Shown: piece by piece, positions 1 through 12,470 of the stretch
How the letters are laid out: each line of letters opens with the position of its first letter
How positions within the stretch are numbered: the first letter of the stretch is position 1
Assembly (NCBI GenBank): GCA_009914755.4
Contig: CP068257.2
Location: 23,168,001 to 23,232,000 of the forward strand
Reading direction: 5' to 3'
Length of the DNA stretch: 64,000 nucleotides
Origin: the human T2T-CHM13v2.0 reference genome, Homo sapiens
The notes under the pieces: generated by a model
Database searches by the model: none
The model's input: only the letters and a program-made list of their open reading frames with translations
Told to the model about the DNA's origin: nothing
Program-made: the position numbers and the translations under genes

Positions 1-529
1 GCAATCTAAGTTGCTTATTTTCTTTAATTATAATATCTCAACCTTAATGAAGCAAAAGTAATATGAAGCATCTGTGAAAATATATTATTGACTTCTAAGA
101 TTTCTAAACTTGTTTAGTTTTAAAAATTTACTTCAAATATGACTTCTAGATTTTTCAAAGTTCAGAAGACTGACCTATACTTCTACATGCCTATATTAAG
201 AAAGGATTAAGGGAAGAACACATCGGGAAAAGTAGAGCAAGAACTTCCAAAAATCCACTTTTCCATAAAAACAATGATAACACTGATGACATTGTCAAAA
301 TCAATGTTTTTCAGAACTCTGGAAATTAAACAAATGCTTACAACCATCCAAGGAACGTTTATTCCACAAAAAAGAAAATTGGTGGAACTGGAAGTAGGAA
401 CAGTGAGGTTTGTAGTATTTAAGTTTCCTTATTCCCATGCACATTCGCACACTGCCCTCTCCAACAGCTTCCCAAACATGGTAGCTGTCAAAACCAGCAG
501 GCTAGAAGCAACTTAAGGAAGCAGAACAT

Positions 530-960
530 GTTTGGATCTCCTCAAAAAGCTCTTCTCCTATTGTCCCTATTTGGCCCAACAGCTCCCTAAAAAATCTCCA
601 TTTGCAGGACTTGTCTTTTCTTGACCTGACACAGAGCTCAGGTGATAAAAAGCCCTTGATTCAATTTTAATATCTTACTGCTGACGACGTTTAAGCCCCA
701 CAACTACCTTGCTCTTTCCCTTCTGCTCCACTTCTGGAACTCTAATAAGAAAGTCTAGATGCCACTTCCTTTGGTGTCTTTGCAACTTTTAAACCATGCA
801 ATTCTCTGTCCGTATGCAAGCGCCCTTGCACTGGCACCACCCCCTTATAACAATAAAAATCCCAAGCCTGTCTACTTCTAAGTTTTTAGTCAAGACATTT
901 GGGACCAACTTGAGAGGCCTCTCCTGCTGTCCTCATAAAGCCTTAGTATGTAAATAATAA
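530..960. repeat. Putative LTR-like segment (unclassified ERV LTR?) containing AATAAA-type signals
   Basis: Segment with 'ccccttataacaataaaaatcccaagcctgtctacttctaag' and a second 'aataaa' context resembles U3/R of an ERV LTR. The resemblance is by pattern only and the family is not recognised. Confidence 0.2.
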
Positions 961-1349
961 ACTTTCCATATTTCCAAGTATTTGGTGTGTGCTTATGGCA
1001 TCATTTGCCTTGACATCTGAAACAAATTGTAGATGGGAATTGGTAATGTCTCTGCAGGATGGCCTGAACAATTGCTTCAGTGAGCTGGGTGTCTAGAGAA
1101 TGACCACTGTCACCATGGGTCTGTCTTCTCTTGCGTCAGCTTGTTAACTGACTCTGTTATCTGCAGGTAAGCATAGATTTTGAGCTGCTGCTTGCTGGTT
1201 AGCTTGCACTTTAAGCTGTGCTATGTCGTGCCTCATTTGCCGAATTACACCAAGCCTCTGTTAAAAAAAAACAAGATCTAAGTCAGAAATTTGGGTAATT
1301 GACATTTTGGGACAGGACTACAGGACTGGAAACTTCGTAAAGTCTCTCC

Positions 1350-1612
1350 TTTTTTTTTTTTTTTTTGAGACAGAGTCTCGCTCTCTTGTCTAGGCTGGAG
1401 TGGGCAGTTGCATGATCTGGGCTCATTGCAGCCTCTGCCTCCCAGGTTCAAGCAATTCTCCTGCCTCAGCCTCCCGAGTAGCTGAGACTACAGGCCCATG
1501 CCGCCACACCAGTTAATGTTTTTGTATTTTGAGCAGAGATGGGGTTTGACCATGTTGGCCAGGATGATCTTGATCTCCTGATCTCATGATCCACCCACCT
1601 TGGCCCTCAAGG
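1350..1612 (-). mobile_element. Alu SINE (antisense, 5'-truncated), poly-T 1350-1366
   Basis: Reverse complement of the Alu consensus: 'tttt..gagacagagtctcgctct..ggctggagtg..cctcagcctcccgagtagctg..tttttgtattttgagcagagatggggtttgaccatgttggccaggatg'. It ends within the left monomer. Confidence 0.9.
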
Positions 1613-1899
1613 GTCTTTTGTCTTTATTCCACACCTATCTGTGTATCTTAGCATGAATCATGTCTCTCAATTCCAGCATAAGCCATGACCGATGGTATAC
1701 TCAGGGGAACAACTTCTATACCCTATGTGGTACATGGGCCCTTTGGATGGTAACATATGTGGAGAAAAAGCACTTATTATTTAATAAACAGTAATTCTTT
1801 AAAGATTTGAGTTACCGATGTCTACACTCCTAAAGGTGAATGGCTCAGTTGTACCCTACAAAATGCTTCTGTTGCTGTTTCTGCCTCTGTTAAGACAAA

Positions 1900-2040
1900 G
1901 ATCATGATTCTCAGGACTATAGGGAAATATATCCATAACATTCCTGTGGTACACCCACTTAAGCTCAGACCCTTATGGCCAATAAAACAACTATTATTGC
2001 CATGGCTGAGGCCCTAAAGATGGCAATACTACTGGTCTGA
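1900..2040 (+). pseudogene. Possible degraded gammaretrovirus-like ERV pol remnant (RNase H-like peptide)
   Basis: One frame of 1950-2026 translates to ..LWPNKTTIIAMAEALKMA.. This resembles the MLV-type RNase H motif AELIALTQALKMA. Downstream ~2340-2400 gives ..KLHQFANLRG.., weakly like the integrase N-terminus (DFLHQLTHLSF). The region is heavily degraded with stops and frameshifts. Confidence 0.3.
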
Positions 2041-2099
2041 GGCTTTTTTGGAGGAAGGAACTTAGAAATATGAGCAGGGTAGAAAGCCTACCACCCTAA

Positions 2100-2225
2100 A
2101 GTGTATCAAGTAATCACAGAGATAGGGAGACAGAGAGAAAGAAACAAAAAGAGACAGGGAGGGAGAGAGAAAAAGGACAGAAAGAAAATGGGCAAGGGGG
2201 AGGCAGGGGAAGAAGTCTGGATATA
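2100..2225. repeat. Purine-rich (GA/GGA-rich) low-complexity tract
   Basis: The tract 'gagatagggagacagagagaaagaaacaaaaagagacagggagggagagagaaaaagg..' is directly visible. Confidence 0.8.
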
Positions 2226-3679
2226 GGAAAAGTAAACAAAAACAATGAAACAGAGGTCCCCAATTTGACCTAACTTGAAAACCAAAATTTGCTAAAAGAA
2301 CTTATGTAACAGAAAGATAAAAGGCACTGATTGTATTTTGCACCTCTACAGCAAAGGCTCTGAAATAATTTTAACACCTGCTAAATTACACCAATTTGCA
2401 AACCTTCGTGGCCTTAATACTAGAATTCAAATTACAGTTATAGCTGAGAATCTAATTTAAACAAGATTTAACCTATAAATTTAGGGCAGTTCTTGAACAC
2501 AAAATATAGGACAGTTATAATCCATCTTAACTACACTAACTGTTGTCTTGCTTAAATTCCCCGAGGACGTAGTATTTATTGCCCTAAAATACCTCTAGTA
2601 GTCACAATTGCTGCGATACATTATGTAATAGATTAAAATTAAATGAAACCTTTGGCATTTACAAACTGGCTTGACAAAATGGGGCCCCGTAGATATTGTC
2701 CCTTCTTCCCAGTTAAAATAGTTAATACGTCCCAATGTAAATTAAGATAGGACAATCAAAGATTGAAACCCATTGTATAAGAGCTATTTAGAGGAGGAAT
2801 GATTATCTCCACTCATTTTCACTTAACCCAATTTTCCCAGTTCTTAAATATTGAACAAATGAATGGGATCTCACAATATATTATTGTAGTCTTAATGCTA
2901 AGGCTTCATCTATTGGACATCGATACTCAATATTATTAAAATTACCAACACAGTTGAATCAGCAAAATTATTTTCCTATTATACATCTCAATAATAAATC
3001 CCAGTCAATGCTTATTTCAACAGCTCTCTATCTACAATTTGCCCTTCACTCCAAAGAGATACAATAATCTTTTACCTGGCTATCCATGGGGTATGGGTAC
3101 AGGCCTTGAAATAATGTATAACCATCATAAGCAAGATCTTCACAGCATCTAGCTTTCTTCAATAGCATAGGCATGACGTTATATTGGTGACATCCTTACC
3201 CAAAGAGATTCATTTGACATGCTTACAAGGAAGCTCACAAAAAAAGAGAAAGGGCCATTGCTCCACGCATAGTTCATGGGCCAACTGCCTCAATCAAATC
3301 CATGAGAATTATTTTAATAAGTTAACAGTTGTTTTATCCCTGATAGTATCAAGAAACACCCACAATGTTAAAATAATCCTAATATATTTTAGTTTTTTAT
3401 TGTGCTTTGGGTGCAACATATATCCCTCATATAAAAATTTTACTTAAGCCCATTTATACTGTTGCTTTTAAATTTACTTAGCTTTGAAATGGAGCTTTTC
3501 CCAACAAAACTTTCTAGACTCTGTCAAAATTGCAAGACAACAGGCATCCCCATTTGTTTCTTCAGACACTCTTCATTGTAGAAGCTTTGGAAACCTACTC
3601 TCATATCTTCTGGAGTATGAGTCACCTATGATGACCACATGTTGTCCATAGTCTTGTCCTGAAAAAAACCAGCCCCGTT

Positions 3680-3981
<302 letters not shown>

Positions 3982-6722
3982 CTAGCCCTGTTGGTTCCAT
4001 GCTGTATATAATTACAGCAGCAATTGCTTGTGACAAGCTGGGATCTCCTGGAAACCGAGGATCTCACAGGTTCTGGGTCTTTGGTCCTATCTTTCCAGTT
4101 GCATGTTATGCCTTGGGTCATAGAAGCAGCACCATACAAGCTCAGCATGGCTACTGAGGACTCTCCTGCAGGACGGAGCCAAACTCTGACATATCCCATA
4201 AGCAAGAGGAGGTAGCTACACCTTTACTCACTTCTTTACAGATGCCTTGTTGCCAGAAAATGTCATCCTTCTTTCAGATGCCATGGCTACCTGGGAATAT
4301 CTTTGTGATGACAGCAAGTGACAATAGAGGTTCATACACATCACACTTGATATTACTGGTATTATGCAAGAGGAACCCAGGGGAGAGTTGCTACTTTTCA
4401 CACCTTAACTAGGACATTCCTGATAAAGGACAAGATCCAAGAGTCAGTACATTTGGCAGTCATCTTACCACTGGATGTCCTGGAAAACAGCCTCAGCATA
4501 TAGAATCTTGGGGTATTAACAATGGTTGGCCTTCTGGGTCAAGCCAATGGCAGTGATGATAACTCTTTATCAAAAGTTACCCCCTTAGGAATCTCTTGAC
4601 TCACAGACACTCAAAATATAAACCAAGGTCACACATGTCTCTGCATATACTAAAGCCACAGTAAAGAGCCTCACCTCCTTAATCCCTTCGGACTTCCAGA
4701 CATTGGCAATAATCTTGGAGAAATCACTTATTGCGGTTTCAAGTCTCTTATTTAATAAATTATAGAACTATATATTTTTCTCCTGCAAAAGAAAAGAAAA
4801 TTTCTTTCTCCAGATGTCATATAGAGAGTCTCTTCACCAAGAACTATATTATTTTAATTTTAATAAAGATTTCCATATCATTTGGGTGATGCAACTTAAG
4901 GCAATAGGTCAGCACTTTAGAGCTCTTTAGTTTCTGGTTAATCTTTACCTTAGTCTTTTTTGGATAGAATGATGGTTTAATTACAATTTCTTCTTTTGCT
5001 GTTCCCTAATCTTGCACATAAATCTCCCTAGCCTCAGGAGGATGTCAAAAAGAGAGCTAATTTTTGCAGCATTTTTTTTTCTGGGATCAGAATATGTCTG
5101 CTCTCTTGGCAGAATCAGTTTTTAGTCTAGAATTTTCCCTGGTAATTGTGATGTATCTTATACGACTACCAAGATGCCTTATTTATTTTGTAAAGCCTTC
5201 TAATTATTCTCAGTGAAAAAAACAAATTAAACCACTCAATACTCTATTAACTGATGCAGAACCTTAGCTAATGTTATGTCCTATGAAAAAACTATCATGA
5301 ACTAGCAAAAACAGATTCATAAGTAGTCTTATTCAAGTGTAAGCTGTTAGGTTATTTTATGTATAAAATGACAAAATCATTACTCTAATTCTAATAACTT
5401 GACCTCATGATGGGGTTAGTGTCATCCTTTATGTGTGACTGTCACATTTAAGACACTCTCATCACACTATCAGCCCCAAAATACCTGGAAATTCAAATGC
5501 ATTTCACCTACCTATCTATTCTTGATGAAGATATAAATTCATGAGCATAGCTTTTATTTTAATGATACATCTTAGAAAGATGCTGTATTGCAGTGTCCAG
5601 TCTATCTTTAATCTACGTCTTATAATATTCTTCCATGAAAAACTGTGTAAGTAAACAGATGGTAAGTTTATGTAAATTGTTAAGGTTGTATCTATGTGTA
5701 TGAATACATGAATATTACATACATACAGTACATGTATATGTGTGTATATACGTATATGCATACTTATGCATGCCATTTTTGGCTAGATAACCAGACAACT
5801 TTAGAATCATTTAAGTGAAAATGCTGTATTTTATTTACATATATATTTATTTGTAAACTTCGTCCCCAAAAATGAATCAAAGCAGCAGAATGCACGGCCT
5901 AAATGAAGGAGCTTTCATATCACAGTGCTATGCACATTGTGTAGTATCTTTTTACCTTTCCTAACCAAGTGAAATTCAAAAGAAAAGAAAATGATTTTTC
6001 TTGTATTACAGCTTGATTAAGCTTCTTATTTAGAACACGACTAGATAAATTTACGGGATATTTTATGAAGGTCATCTAAATTCCACTAAGAAAATTAAAT
6101 TAATTCACAAGGGTTGGCTGGGTTTTTATGAAGTATTATGAAGAATTCCATTGTTATTACCTATTTTAAGATAATTGTTAAGAAGTAGATATCCCTTGTT
6201 AAATTAACAGATTAATTTGAAAAATCATAGCTAATATAATAGTTACCCACCCAGTTATATCCTTTAGTTACTCTATGGAAAAAATTACTAATATCAGGGC
6301 CACCAGCAACAAGAATTAATCAAAGTGCCCTCATTATGAAAAGAAAAACAATTTACTTTTTTTCAGTTTTTTACAGTGCACTCAGAAATACAATTATTAA
6401 GCTTTTAGCACTTGACTAATATTACAATTTTGTAATGAACAGATGTATACCATTTCAATTTTTCAATATGATATTATTAATATTAAACATATTATTCCCG
6501 GTGGTGGAAAACAAATTTTGAATATATTCATTCTTATAACTTTAAGAATATAGTTGTTATTGTTCTTGTCATTCTTTATGACTCATTGATTTCCCTCAAA
6601 AATTAAAAATAAAAAAGTCAACAGTTTTTATTACTGTTCAAGAAATGGCACAAACTGGATGCTAATTATTGAAGGCTTAAGAATGGGTTTCAGATATTTT
6701 TAATTCTAACTACATATTCTGA

Positions 6723-7084
6723 GCCAGGGGTTCTTAACGTCCAGTTCGCAGACTGGTACTAGTCCATGGCCTGTTAGGAAACAGGTGGCACATCAGGCAC
6801 ATCAGGAGGTGAGCCGCAGGTGAGTACGCATTACCCACTGAGCTCTGAGCTCCACCTCCTGTCAGATCAGCGGGGGCATTAGATTCTCATTGGAGGAGGA
6901 ACCCTATTGTGAGCTGCACATGTGAGGGATCCAGGTCGCATGCTCCTTATGAGAATCTAATTAATGCCTGATGATCTGAGGTGGAACAGTTTCATCCCAA
7001 AACCATCCCTCACCCACGTCTGTCTGTGGAAAAACTGCCTTCCATGAAACCAGTTCCTGGTACCAAAAAGGTTGGGGACCACTG
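6723..7084. mobile_element. Palindromic non-autonomous DNA transposon (hAT-like MITE, subfamily unassigned)
   Basis: Degenerate terminal inverted repeats: 'caggggttcttaac' at the left and 'ggttggggaccactg' at the right. Internal palindromic arms ('ccagttcgcagactggtactagtccatggcctgttaggaaac' and others) match a common human palindromic DNA element I recall but cannot name with certainty. Confidence 0.55.
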
Positions 7085-7159
7085 TTCTAAGCAATCTGTG
7101 GTATAATACACTTTCTGAAGGCAAACATTTTAGGAGGCATTTGCTTTCCACTTGTAGAC

Positions 7160-7808
7160 TGAATGTTTATGTATCCCTGCCCCCACTTCCTATGTTGAAG
7201 CCCTAATCCCCAATGTGATGATATTTGGAGGTGGGGCCTTTGGGAGGTAATCACATTTATCTGAGGACATATGAGCAGGGGGCCTCATGATGGGATTAGT
7301 GTCCTTATAAAAGGAGGAAGAGAGATCAGGGCTCCCTCGCTTTAGCCACATGAGATCACAGGAGAAGACAGCCATCTGCAAGCCAGGAAGAGGACACTCA
7401 CCAGGAACCTGAGCATGCTGCACCCCAAACTTGGACTTCCTGCCTCCAGAACTATGAGAAAAAATTGTCTGTTGTTTGCAAACACCGCATGTTCTCACTC
7501 ATAAGTGGGAGTTGAACAATGAGAACACATGGACACAGGGAGGGGAACATCATACACGGGGGCCCGTCGTGGGGGTGGGGGGCTAGGGGAACAATAGCAT
7601 TAGGAGAAATACCTAATGTAGATGACAGGTTGATGGGTGCAGCAAACCACCATGGCACATGTACACCTATGTAACAAACTGGCACGTTTTGCACATGCAC
7701 CACAGAACTTAAAGTATAATAATAATAATAATAATAATAAAAATAAATGTTTGTTGTTTAAACCACCTTGTCTATGTTATTCTATGATAGCAACCTGGAC
7801 TAACATAC
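7160..7808 (+). mobile_element. ERVL-MaLR solo LTR (MLT1/MST-type), interrupted by an L1 3' fragment at 7487-7745
   Basis: The 5' part carries 'cctaatccccaatgtgatg..ggaggtggggcctttgggaggtaat..cctcatgatgggattagtgtccttataaaagg..gccatctgcaagccaggaag..tggacttcctgcctccagaactatgag'. The 3' part after the L1 carries 'aaataaatgtttgttgtttaaaccaccttgtctatgttattctatgatagcaacctggactaacatac'. Confidence 0.8.
7487..7745 (+). mobile_element. L1 3'-end fragment (end of ORF2 plus 3' UTR, young L1PA-like) nested in the MaLR LTR
   Basis: The fragment reads 'ccgcatgttctcactcataagtgggagttgaacaatgagaacacatggacacagggaggggaacatca..gcattaggagaaatacctaatgtagatgacag..ccaccatggcacatgtacacctatgtaacaaactggcacgttttgcacatg..aacttaaagtataataataataa'. 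Flanking similarity 'ttgtctgttgtttgcaaacacc' versus 'tgtttgttgtttaaaccacc' suggests a TSD. Confidence 0.9.
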
Positions 7809-8327
7809 CACTCATTCATAAACATCACATTCAAGGCTAATTTGCAAACTTTTGTTCTTGATTGCTTGATACTCTAGCTTCTAATTTGCTAGAACTTATT
7901 TTGCATGTATAAACAACTTAAGCAACCCCAAAAGGATGGTTAAACAAAGAAATGTTTGCAAGTATAAAATACCATTTTCTTGAACTTTGGTCATATACTA
8001 TGGAAATGATAACAAATTTCAAGTTTTTGTTGCTGTGATTATCCTTGCAAATGTTAAAATAAAGAAAAGTGAAAAAATGAATAGACTTTAAAAATAAAAT
8101 AAACAGAAACAAATAATACAAAATTAATTATAGCAATTTATATTTGTTGGATGTTTTAATAATGCCCCTGAATAAAACATTTTTGCTATTGATTTATGCA
8201 GCACAAGCTATAACTATATGGGTTTTCCCTCAAATTCTTGGCCTTTTTAAAAATAGCTTATGCTAACCAGAGGAATAATTTTACTGTAATGTCTGAGAGA
8301 TTAGCTTTTCCCCCCACAGTATTTTTA

Positions 8328-8850
8328 TGCTAGCGGTAAGCTGAATAGTGGCTCCAAAAACACCCAGATCCTAATGCCGGAGTCTGTGGTTCTTATAGCA
8401 CAGAGAAAGAGAAAAAGAGTCTTTGCCACTGTGATTAAATTATGGATATTGAGAGAGAGAGATTATCCTCAGGTTGAACTTAAATATAATCACAGTATTT
8501 GTACAAAAGAAAGTCACAGGGCCAGTTGACTACAAATAGAAGAAAAGTCAGCCATGTAATAGGAACAAAGACTGGCAGAGTCAGAGAGAGAAGATGCTAT
8601 ACCTCTGACTTTGAAGACAGATGGGCACCATGAGCCAAGAAATGTAGCTCTGCATGCAGGAAAAGGGAAGACATAGATTCTGCCCCAGAGCCCCTGAAGG
8701 GAGCACAGCCTTGCCAACAGCTTGATTTTAGTCCCACAGCACTGATTTCTGGTCATCAGAACTGTAAGAAAATTAATTTCTGTTGTCTGAAGTTGGCAAA
8801 TTTGTAGTAACTTGTTACAGTGGCCACAGGATAGTGACGCAATATTGTGA
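8328..8850 (+). mobile_element. ERVL-MaLR solo LTR (MLT1/MST-type), near full length
   Basis: The LTR carries 'cccagatcctaatgccggagtctgtg..tgtgattaaattatggatattgagagagagagattatcctcagg..ctgactttgaagacagatgggcaccatgagccaagaaatg..cagaactgtaagaaaattaatttctgttgtctgaagttggcaaatttgtagtaacttgttacag'. Confidence 0.85.
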
Positions 8851-9474
8851 ATTTATTTTTTCCTCGTTAATATATATTGTTTTTAGTGCTACGCATTCTC
8901 CCCCACTCGCATAAACATCTGAAGGTACATGCAGCATGCTCTTTCCTTGTTTTCAAAATATCCTAATCAAAGTACAAAATTTTTCAATTGATAAATAAAT
9001 TTGACTAATACTCTAAGATCCACTTCTATAAAGGTTAAATTAAATGTGTATACTTTTTGAAGCCTATTGATCAGAATCAAAGGTACTTAAATATGCATCT
9101 ACTCTTCTGAATCCAATTTTGAAGGACATTTTGCATTGTAATGTTAGAAATACTTAGAACCTGAAACGGTGGTTATTTAGGTTAAAATAGCTATTTTTCC
9201 CAAGACAGAGGTTATTCTGATATGTGATAGGAAGAACCTAGGTGGTATTTAACAATCCATTTCTTTGAATTACTGCTTCACACCAAAACAGTCAATCTCT
9301 TTCCATTTAGCATGGAGTTTTAAGATACTGACAAGTTACTATTGATTCAAGAAAGTAAATTCATTTATGACTGGAAAAGTGCCCACTTTCTCATTTTAAA
9401 AACATTATCAGAGTACATATAAGACCGAAGTTCTTGTTCTGTGCTTCTCTAATCATAGCATTACATTCATTCCT

Positions 9475-9690
9475 AACATAATAACTAACTAACTGTATTG
9501 AGTGCTTACTATATGCCAGGCACTGGTTAAAAATTATTCCATGTAGATAGCAAGGTAAGTAATTTATTTTATCACATTAATCCTGTAATATCAATAGCGG
9601 TTATGCTACAATTACAATTTTACTGGTGGAAAAACTGAGAAACAGAGAGGTTACAAAAACTTGCCCAAGAGTGCACACATAATAAACAGA
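9475..9690 (-). mobile_element. MIR SINE (antisense)
   Basis: The stretch 'tattgagtgcttactatatgccaggcactg' followed by 'ctgagaaacagagaggttacaaaaacttgcccaagagtgcacac' matches the reverse complement of the MIR core. Confidence 0.7.
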
Positions 9691-12100
9691 AGAGCGGTTT
9701 ATTTGCAAAAGCCGTATCCTTAACCGTAATGCCTACTGAGTTTCTGTAAGCAGGGGTTGCACGAGCAACTGCTGGCAAGCCACCTAAAGCTCCTGAAGGT
9801 AGCAAGATGGTAAAACATTTCTTAGTCGATGCTAAATATACAATGTATTGTTTACACAAACACACAAATTTTCAGTGTGCAATATAATATTCACCTAGGA
9901 TGGATTAGACTGGCCACACGTTAGCACCGTTCTCCCCAGAGCTGCATATGCTCTAACTATAAAACATTCAAAAGGTTGCTTTTATATGTAGGGTATATGA
10001 AATTTAGTAAGATACAATCTATAGATTCTACTTCTTAATAATTTTTAAACTTAATATGGAATCTAGATACATACATCTGTCTCTAGTACCTGTATAAACA
10101 GTGTAATCTGACCCATAAGTTCAGCATGAAAATCATTTTAAAATATATATATAAACATTTTTAAAGTTTTAAATTACACTTTTTACAACTTTAAAATTTA
10201 AATTTATTACTACAATAATGTTTTTACAGGCAGCAAATATTCCTCTCTTGGATTTTCTAAACACCTCTAGGTTTTCGTAGTTCATCTGCCCTGGAAACCA
10301 GTTACATCTCAAATGAAAGAGTTAAGCTAAGCTGGTTTAGGCAATGAGTGGGGATGCATCTTGCTTTTAATTATCCTGCTGAAAACTGGTCTACACAGTC
10401 TGATATATGATACATATTTTGTATATTTCATGATCTCCTCTTAGACTTCCCATAGGCATTAAACAAGGTGATTTTCTCCTTTCAAGTTAAGCCTGCCTGA
10501 GAGTGCCTGTTCTGGCTTAGGGCAGGAGATGGAGGATTGGGAGGTGGCTACTTATTCACCAGCCCTAATGTTTTCTTCTAGGTGTAAGCGTCTGTATTCA
10601 CTTGGCACTCTTGTTCTTTTTTCACTCCCTTATTTACTCTCCCCATATCCATTTTTCTTCTCTTTTTCCTTTCTTATTTGTCTGCTCAAAAATGACATGT
10701 TTTCAATGGCTCCTGGATGTGCAGTACGCTGAACAGTAAAAGTTCCGTCCCTGTAGGGCATGGTTTTCCAAGATCCTGTGCCTACCAGGGGGTCACACTA
10801 ATACTGACATGCTCTGTTATAAAGCGCATTTCGGACATACCAGATCAAGTCCTTTAGTTCAGCTTTTCGTTTTTAGATAAAAGTATTATTTGATTTTTAT
10901 CTACCTTTCATTGAATATTTCTCATCCTGTTACTTGCTGTAATTCTTACTTTCTAAAAATCTTTTAGATGTTCTTTTTCATTTTAAATGTTCTTTTTCCA
11001 TAATTGCCATCTTATGTTTTTTCATCCTATTCTTGTATTATTAGGTATCCATCTATCTTTTTAATTCTATCGCAGATGAATTATTTGAAACCCTTCCCAC
11101 TTACTCTGTACTACAGTTAAAGAGTTGGGCACAGTCTATTCTGTATCTTGAGAGGAGGGTAAGTAAGGAAGAACCCAGAAAGTATTTAACAGCTCATTTC
11201 CTTGAATTATTGTTTCGCCCCAAAACAGTAGATCTCTTTTTATTTAGAATGGAGTTTCCAGAGAGTAATTTCTTTCGGATGAGTAGTGTCTTACATGGAA
11301 GACTTGAGCTCAGCTCTCTGTTAAGAAATTTTGTGGCCTGACTGTTTTTAGGGCCCAAATATCCTCTGTTTCAGCCCTTAGAAAAATGATTTAAAAGCAT
11401 TGAGGTTTAAATTGGAATTAGATTTTACATTTCATAACATTTCCTTTATGTGGTTGCTGTTTGTCTGAATTTAACTATCCCTTTAATAAGCTATTGATGT
11501 TGGAATACTCTGGAATTTTGCTAGGTAGTCAATGGAATCTCTTCTGAATACCATCCCTCAAGGTTATAACCACAGGCTACATAACTTTCAGACAGTAGCT
11601 ATAAAATTCACCATGATCCATTCCAAGATTGGAATATCAGAGTGTAACTGAAATAAATTATATCTAAAACCTCAAAATGTCAAATTATGCACTTAGTTTT
11701 TGTTGTTGTTTGCTTGTTTGTTTTTTTCTGGGAGACGCCCCCTCCCCATCACGGCTCGTGATCTCTGAAAGGGATTCCCCAAAGGGAGAAGACTGAACTG
11801 ACCTCCAGGCTCTAGTTGGGTAGATGCTGAAGTACGATCAGCCTGTGTTTACCATTGCTTCACTTTGCCACATAGTGTATATTCTGAAAACTGGTCTAGT
11901 GCTGGCCCGGATCCCTGTGCTGGTCCCTATGAATATTTGAGGGATACTGCCATAGTTCCTTCACTGCTTACCCTGTTAAACGTGTTTCCTGGGACACAAC
12001 TGACTCCTAGTGCCCTGAGTGTTCTGGGTCCTGTGTATTCATGAGCTAAATCATGAATCACTACCAAAAATCTTGTGCCAAAATTGGTTTAAACCAATGG

Positions 12101-12312
12101 TTCTCAACCATGAACAATTTAGCTCCCCCAGGAGACATTTGATTATGTTTGGAAACTTTTTGGTTGTCAAAGCAGGGACAGGAGGTTACAACTGGCGTCT
12201 AGTGTGTAGAGGCCAAGGATGCTGCTAAACATGTTACAATGCACGGTGCCGCACCTCAAAACAAAGAATTACATGGTCCCAAGTGTCAACAGGGCTGCAG
12301 TTGAGAAACCCC
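12101..12312. mobile_element. Non-autonomous hAT-type DNA transposon (MER5/MER20-like), TIR 'ggttctcaacc'..'gttgagaaacc'
   Basis: Terminal inverted repeats are 'caatggttctcaaccatg' and 'gctgcagttgagaaaccc'. The internal sequence 'catttgattatgtttggaaactttttggttgtcaaagcagggacaggaggttacaactggcgtctagtgtgtagaggccaaggatgctgctaaacatgttacaatgcacggtgccgcacctcaaaacaaagaattacatggtcccaagtgtcaacagggctgcag' matches a known human element of this family. Subfamily naming is uncertain. Confidence 0.65.
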
Positions 12313-12354
12313 AATTTAAACCCTTAGAAACTTAAGCCAAACTTTCAGTATGTG

Positions 12355-12470
12355 GTATTTGGTTTTCTGTTCCTGAGTTAGTTTGCTAAGGATAATGGCC
12401 TTCGGCTCCATCCATGTCCCTGCAAAGTACGCAATCTCATTCTTCTTTATGGCTGCATCCTCCCACAGCC
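12355..12470 (-). mobile_element. Short L1 fragment (antisense, ORF2 3' region)
   Basis: The fragment 'ggttttctgttcctgagttagtttgctaaggataatggccttcggctccatccatgtccctgcaaagtacgcaatctcattcttctttatggctgcat' is the reverse complement of an L1 segment. Confidence 0.8.

Noticed and set aside
5690-5780. TA/CA-rich block considered as a possible satellite
   Set aside because: It is only a short imperfect low-complexity tract ('tgtatatgtgtgtatatacgtatatgcatac') with no higher-order periodicity.
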